A stretch of 63,098 nucleotides of DNA, filler included, from Pelomyxa schiedti (lineage: Eukaryota; Protista; Evosea), in NCBI GenBank assembly GCA_020536535.1. It is 7 parts of 7 records of this genome, joined end to end, with 100 filler letters (N's around TTAATTAATTAA, not from the genome) between each part and the next. Parts side by side here need not be neighbours in the genome. Positions count along the whole stretch, not along the records: positions 57,173 to 63,098 come from JAHLWZ010001462.1; 6 more parts are not named here. One strand, 5' to 3'. Each line of letters opens with the position of its first letter. Position 1 is the stretch's first letter. Positions 58,690 through 63,098 of this stretch are shown here, piece after piece. A program made the translations under genes and the position numbers. The notes beneath the pieces are model-generated. The model ran no database searches. It was not told where the DNA came from and saw only the letters and a list, made by a program, of their open reading frames with translations.

Positions 58690-61600
58690 AAGAGTATAGT
58701 CTTGGTGGTAAACGTAAATTCAATAAACTTTTATCACCGAGCAATCTCTTTAGGAACCGTGTTCTTCGAATGAGAGTAAGAGCTAGAAGCAGACAGAAAA
58801 AGCATACCATCACTTCACCAAAGCTTTCAAGGACGGAACGAGAGAAGAATATTGCCATCATGAAGAGTATCGGAGCCACTGCTACGCTGAAAGTGAAGTT
58901 ACCCGACGGAAGTGAGATAGATGCGAGAATTGATACCGGCGCGGACGTTTCCGCTATTGATGCCAACTATTTCAAAAGGTGTAGACCGAAAGCTAAGCCA
59001 AGACCAGCAGCAATTCAACTCACCATCGCCAAAGCCAGTGAAACGTTGGAAGTTATCGGCGAAGATAGCTTCAACATCAGGATTGGGGCCCGATCAACCC
59101 CTATCACCGTCTTCATTGTCAGCAATCTGGTATATCCCATGGTTCTGGGATTAGACTGGTTATCAGATGTTGGCGCCGTTGTCGATCTGGGACGAAATCT
59201 GATTACTCTGCCAGAGCTTGCGAAGGTGGAGTATAGCAGTGCTAGCCATAACCGGAGCATGGTAGGTATTGCCACGATCCCAGCACGACAGGTCCGAGTT
59301 GGACCTCGCAGGCATTGCTGCATCATGGTCAAGGTCACTGACGCAACTCCAGGAGAAGCTATTCTCATCGAGCAGGTGCAACCTTATCCACATCTGTTGG
59401 TGGCAACCGTTTTGGCCACTGTGGACAAGGATGGATGCGCACCTATCCTGATTTCCAATCCAACATCACGGACCATTAGATTGAAGAGCCATAATCTTCC
59501 ATTACAGTATACCCGAGTAAACCAGGAATCATATTCCATTGGGACAATAGGAATCAGTCCTGGGAATACTCAGATGGAACCAAAACCACTGACTCATACC
59601 CCTTCTAGTACGTCAGAGCAGAAGAAGGTCGAGCTATTGAACAAGCTGGACTTGTCACATCTTTCAGAAGCCGATCAACGCAAAATACGCGATTGGCTTG
59701 AGTCAAATCTGGATGTAATGAGTGATGGAGTTACAACTGGAAAAACTACTTTGATGAAACATGACATTGACACAGGAGATGCTACTCCAAGCATGGAACA
59801 GATGTATAGACGATCTCCTACGGCTCATGAATTGGTTGAGAAAGAAGTAGCCAAAAACCTTGAAGCTGGAGTAATCGAACCCGCCAATACACCATGGGCT
59901 GCTCCAGTAGTTCTGCAACGCAAACCAGATGGTAGTGTTCGATTCTGTGTAGACTACCGCAAGCTGAATTCCGTAACGAAGAAAGAAGCGTATCCTATGC
60001 CAAGAATAGATGACACGTTGGAGTCCCTGGGTGGATGCAATTGGTACACTGGAATCGATCTCAAGTCCGGCTACTGGCAAGTAGAGCTAACGGAACGAGC
60101 AAAGGAGAAGAGTGGATTTAGAACTCGTAGTGGCCTATATCGCTTCAAAGTGATGCCTTTCGGGCTAGTGAACGCCCCTTCCACCTTCCAGCGGTTGATG
60201 AACATGGTTTTGGGAGGTCTGACACCTACCCTTGCAATGGTCTATCTAGACGACATAATCGTTTTCACTAGAGGAAGTCTAGACAAGCACATCGAGACTG
60301 TTGATCGTGTCTTTCAATGCCTTAGAAAAGCAGGATTGCAAATAGGCATACCCAAGTGTCAGTTTGCCAAGCAGAAGCTCAAATACCTCGGACATATCAT
60401 TTCAGAGAAAGGGATCGAAGTGGACCCAATGAAGGTACAAGCCGTACAAGATCTTCTTCCACCTCAGAATGTTCATGAGTTGCGAAGCTTTCTCGGGATA
60501 ATCGGATATTACCGTCGGTTCATTCAAGGGTTTGCTGAAAAGGCATGGGTACTGGAAGAGCTGAAGAAGAAAACACACACCTGGGAATGGAATTCAGATC
60601 ATCAGAAGGCGTTCGACGAACTTAAGGAATCACTGACAAAGGCACCACTTCTGCACTATCCGGACTGGAACGACGAGTTTACTGTTGTTAGCGATTCTTC
60701 CGGACATACTATCAGTGGAATCCTGATGCAGAAAGATAGTTCAGGAGAGTATGTACCTATTTCTTTCGTTAGCCGGAAGATGAAAGGAGCAGAGCTGAAA
60801 TACCATATCACAGAGCAGGAATGCCTCGCTGCTCTCTTCGCGATTTCCAAATTCGAACCCTATGTCTGGGGGCGACACTTTGTTCTGTTCACAGATGCCA
60901 CCTCCGTCTTAGCCCTGCGGACAACGGCCGGAAAGTCAAGACTGGGCAGGTGGGCATTAGCTCTGCAGGAATTCGACTTCGAAGCACACCACCGTCCAGG
61001 GAAGATGAACTGGGCAGATGGCTTCACTCGAGCCCCAATGAATTCAAGTTCAGAAACGGATGATGACCTACTAGAACCGTCATCACATCATGACTTAACA
61101 GACACGGACACTAACCTATTCATGGCTCCCATTCATGCTACTCCAGTAGATCCTCTCTTCATTCCCGTCATGAAACAAATGTGCCAAGGAAACGAGAAGG
61201 CATTGCTAGAGATAGAACCTGAGAATAGATGGAAGTATATTGCAGCTAGAGACCTATTTGTTGTCAAGGACGATAAGTTGTATCGCTTGAACAGACCTGT
61301 CAAACATCCACACCAGAGTAGAATGCTTAAGCTCTGTGTGGAGATAGAAGAGGACAGAAGAACCCTCATGACCGCATATCACAATTCTCTGAATGGAGGC
61401 GGTCACAGGGGTGAGACCAAGATGATTCATGCCTTATCCCAGAAGTACTGGTGGCCGAATCTATGGAAGGATGTGGAGAACTGGTGCAAGGAGTGTGTAG
61501 TATGCCAGCAATTCCGAGGCTACAAGCCATCCTTCGATCCTAAGAGTCTCATAGCGCATTACCCAGGAGAGTATGTAACTATGGACTTCTTCTTTCCGCC

Positions 61601-63098
61601 AGTACCTTCAGATAGAGGACATACATGTGTGCTGCTAATGGTCGATCTACATTCAAGGTTGGTTAGGTTGAAAGCATTGAAGAATCGAGAAGTACCGACT
61701 GTACTACGAGCAATAGAGAAAACGTGGATTCGTACACAAGGATGTCCAATGAACCTTCTTAGCGATCGAGACAAGTCGTTCATCAGTGAACTGAATGCTG
61801 AATTCTACCGTGCTTGGGGTATACGAAAGGTAACTGTCACAGCATATGAACCGCAAAGCAATGGTGCTGCTGAAATTACAGTCCGTGCAGTGAAACAGAT
61901 CATGAGTAAGTACTTTGCCAAGAAGCCTAGCAATTGGGAGAGAACGCTACATTGGGTTGAGTTCGACCTCAATACTAGTATGTCTGAACTTACAGGAGAA
62001 ACACCATTCTTCATAGAACATCTTCGAGATCCCCTTCTACCCATTGATACCAACATAGAGCAAATCATTCCCACCACTGTTGAAGCTGGACCTTATGTTC
62101 AGGAGACATTGCGGAGTCGAGCTGAAATCAGAGACCTGGTAAGCAGTCAGCAAAGAAAAGAGAAGGAGAAAGAGCTGCGAACTATGCGCAAGAGAGTGCG
62201 GTCAGAACCAGAAGCTTACGACATCGGGACGAGAGTATGGCTAAAAGTTCCAGAGAACCACCAAAGACCCATGGAACCGAAATGGTCAGGGCCATACCGA
62301 GTGCTTCGAGTGAGATCAGAACTAACCAGAGAGATAAATCTAGACGACTCATCAGGATATCGCGTTGTCCATGTTAATAGACTGAAACCTTTCTATGGGA
62401 ATGAAGAACTAGCTCATGAAGCCCGACCATCTAAACGCCATCATAAACATACACAACCGCAGATATCAGCTGCAAGACCTGAGAGAATTATTGATGAAAG
62501 AACCCAAGATGAAGTATTGTACTACCGTGTGAAGCTGCAAGATCGACTCAAGAAAGATGCTGTATGGTGCAAAAAGGATGATCTTCCCGCTGCACTAGTC
62601 CAGGTGTGGGAAACTGAGAAGCAATTTAAACTGGCCGGAACGAAACGCAAGACACCAACACGGCCGGTCACAACAACGAAAGTACGAGCCACGGAAGAAA
62701 CACGCAAACAACGAGGACGACCAAAGAAGAGAATACTACCTTTTCAATTTGGAACGGAGACACTTCCACCCGAAGTACCACCACCCCAGATCTCGCCAAC
62801 GCAACAACCAACTATGACCACAAGCAATAGATCTCAGCCAGTAACAACCACCGCACCGACATCTCCGTACTACGCACCGCTCTCACCGGTAGGGCCTGAG
62901 CACCCGGCCTTTTCAACAGGAGAAATGAGTCTCTTGTTGCTACGAACAGGCCGTAGCAACGCTTCAGCCCGGGGGAGCTGTGGCAAAGGTACCTCGGTTA
63001 GAAATTTGGGCTACCCCAGGAATTCGAGCTATTCGTTAGATTTGACCCAGAATCCCTGGCTGAGCAAACCAGCGCTTTTTCCCACCAAATCCCAAGTG
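58479..63098 (+). CDS. pol: Pol polyprotein: protease, RT, RNase H, integrase, chromodomain-like and AT-hook; no stop before the window end
   Basis: Manual translation of the -1 frame, open from 58479 with the first ATG at 58770. It has IDTGA (58929-), RFCVDYR, YLDD (60243-60254), RNase H SDSS/EQE/FTD, HHCC (61380-61506), D61584-D61764-x35-E61872 and GPY (about 62289). Confidence 0.95.

Larger units (their letters stand above)
57173..63098 (+). mobile_element. Ty3/gypsy (chromovirus-like) LTR retrotransposon with both LTRs truncated at contig ends
   Basis: The 5' LTR ends GCCACA at 57293. Then come the PBS, gag and pol (order PR-RT-RH-IN), the purine tract GGGGGAG at 62971-62977, and a 3' LTR starting TGTGGC at 62979, the inverse of GCCACA. 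Confidence 0.95.

Noticed and set aside
1-63098. rRNA, tRNA and prokaryotic operon or defence-system features
   Set aside because: None recognised. The intron-containing genes indicate a eukaryotic nuclear origin.

Overview
This is eukaryotic genomic DNA with dense genes and short GT-AG introns of about 40-100 nt. The gene-family motifs suggest an anaerobic archamoeba such as Pelomyxa; that is my inference, not a database result. The window is not one contiguous locus. It is seven contigs joined by artificial N44-TTAATTAATTAA-N44 linkers, and it also contains three ordinary 100-N scaffold gaps. Contents: (1) the 3' part of a large multi-exon gene ending in a coiled coil plus a PINK1-like Ser/Thr kinase; (2) a 25-kb tandem cluster of two lineage-expanded families, helical/ankyrin-like repeat proteins and predicted beta-propeller proteins with a conserved N-terminal 'ARxQFxAL..RCGAxS..L...IGRxW' box, interleaved with a LepB/HipA-like atypical kinase and pseudogenes; (3) a caspase-fold (peptidase C14) 3' fragment, a thioredoxin and a membrane protein; (4) a RasGEF, a TBC RabGAP and a family of LRR-coiled coil proteins with exchangeable C-termini (an IAP-type RING, or a PINK1-like kinase fused to an RBR RING2/IBR-like domain); (5) MORN fragments and a hairpin-rich 50-bp repeat array; (6) a nearly complete Ty3/gypsy LTR retrotransposon whose pol ORF is missing from the ORF track and ends in a degenerate chromodomain plus an AT-hook. 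The best candidates for something undescribed are the modular LRR-CC-(RING | PINK1-like kinase-RING2) receptor family and a 91-bp TIR element found in the same orientation just upstream of four genes from different families.
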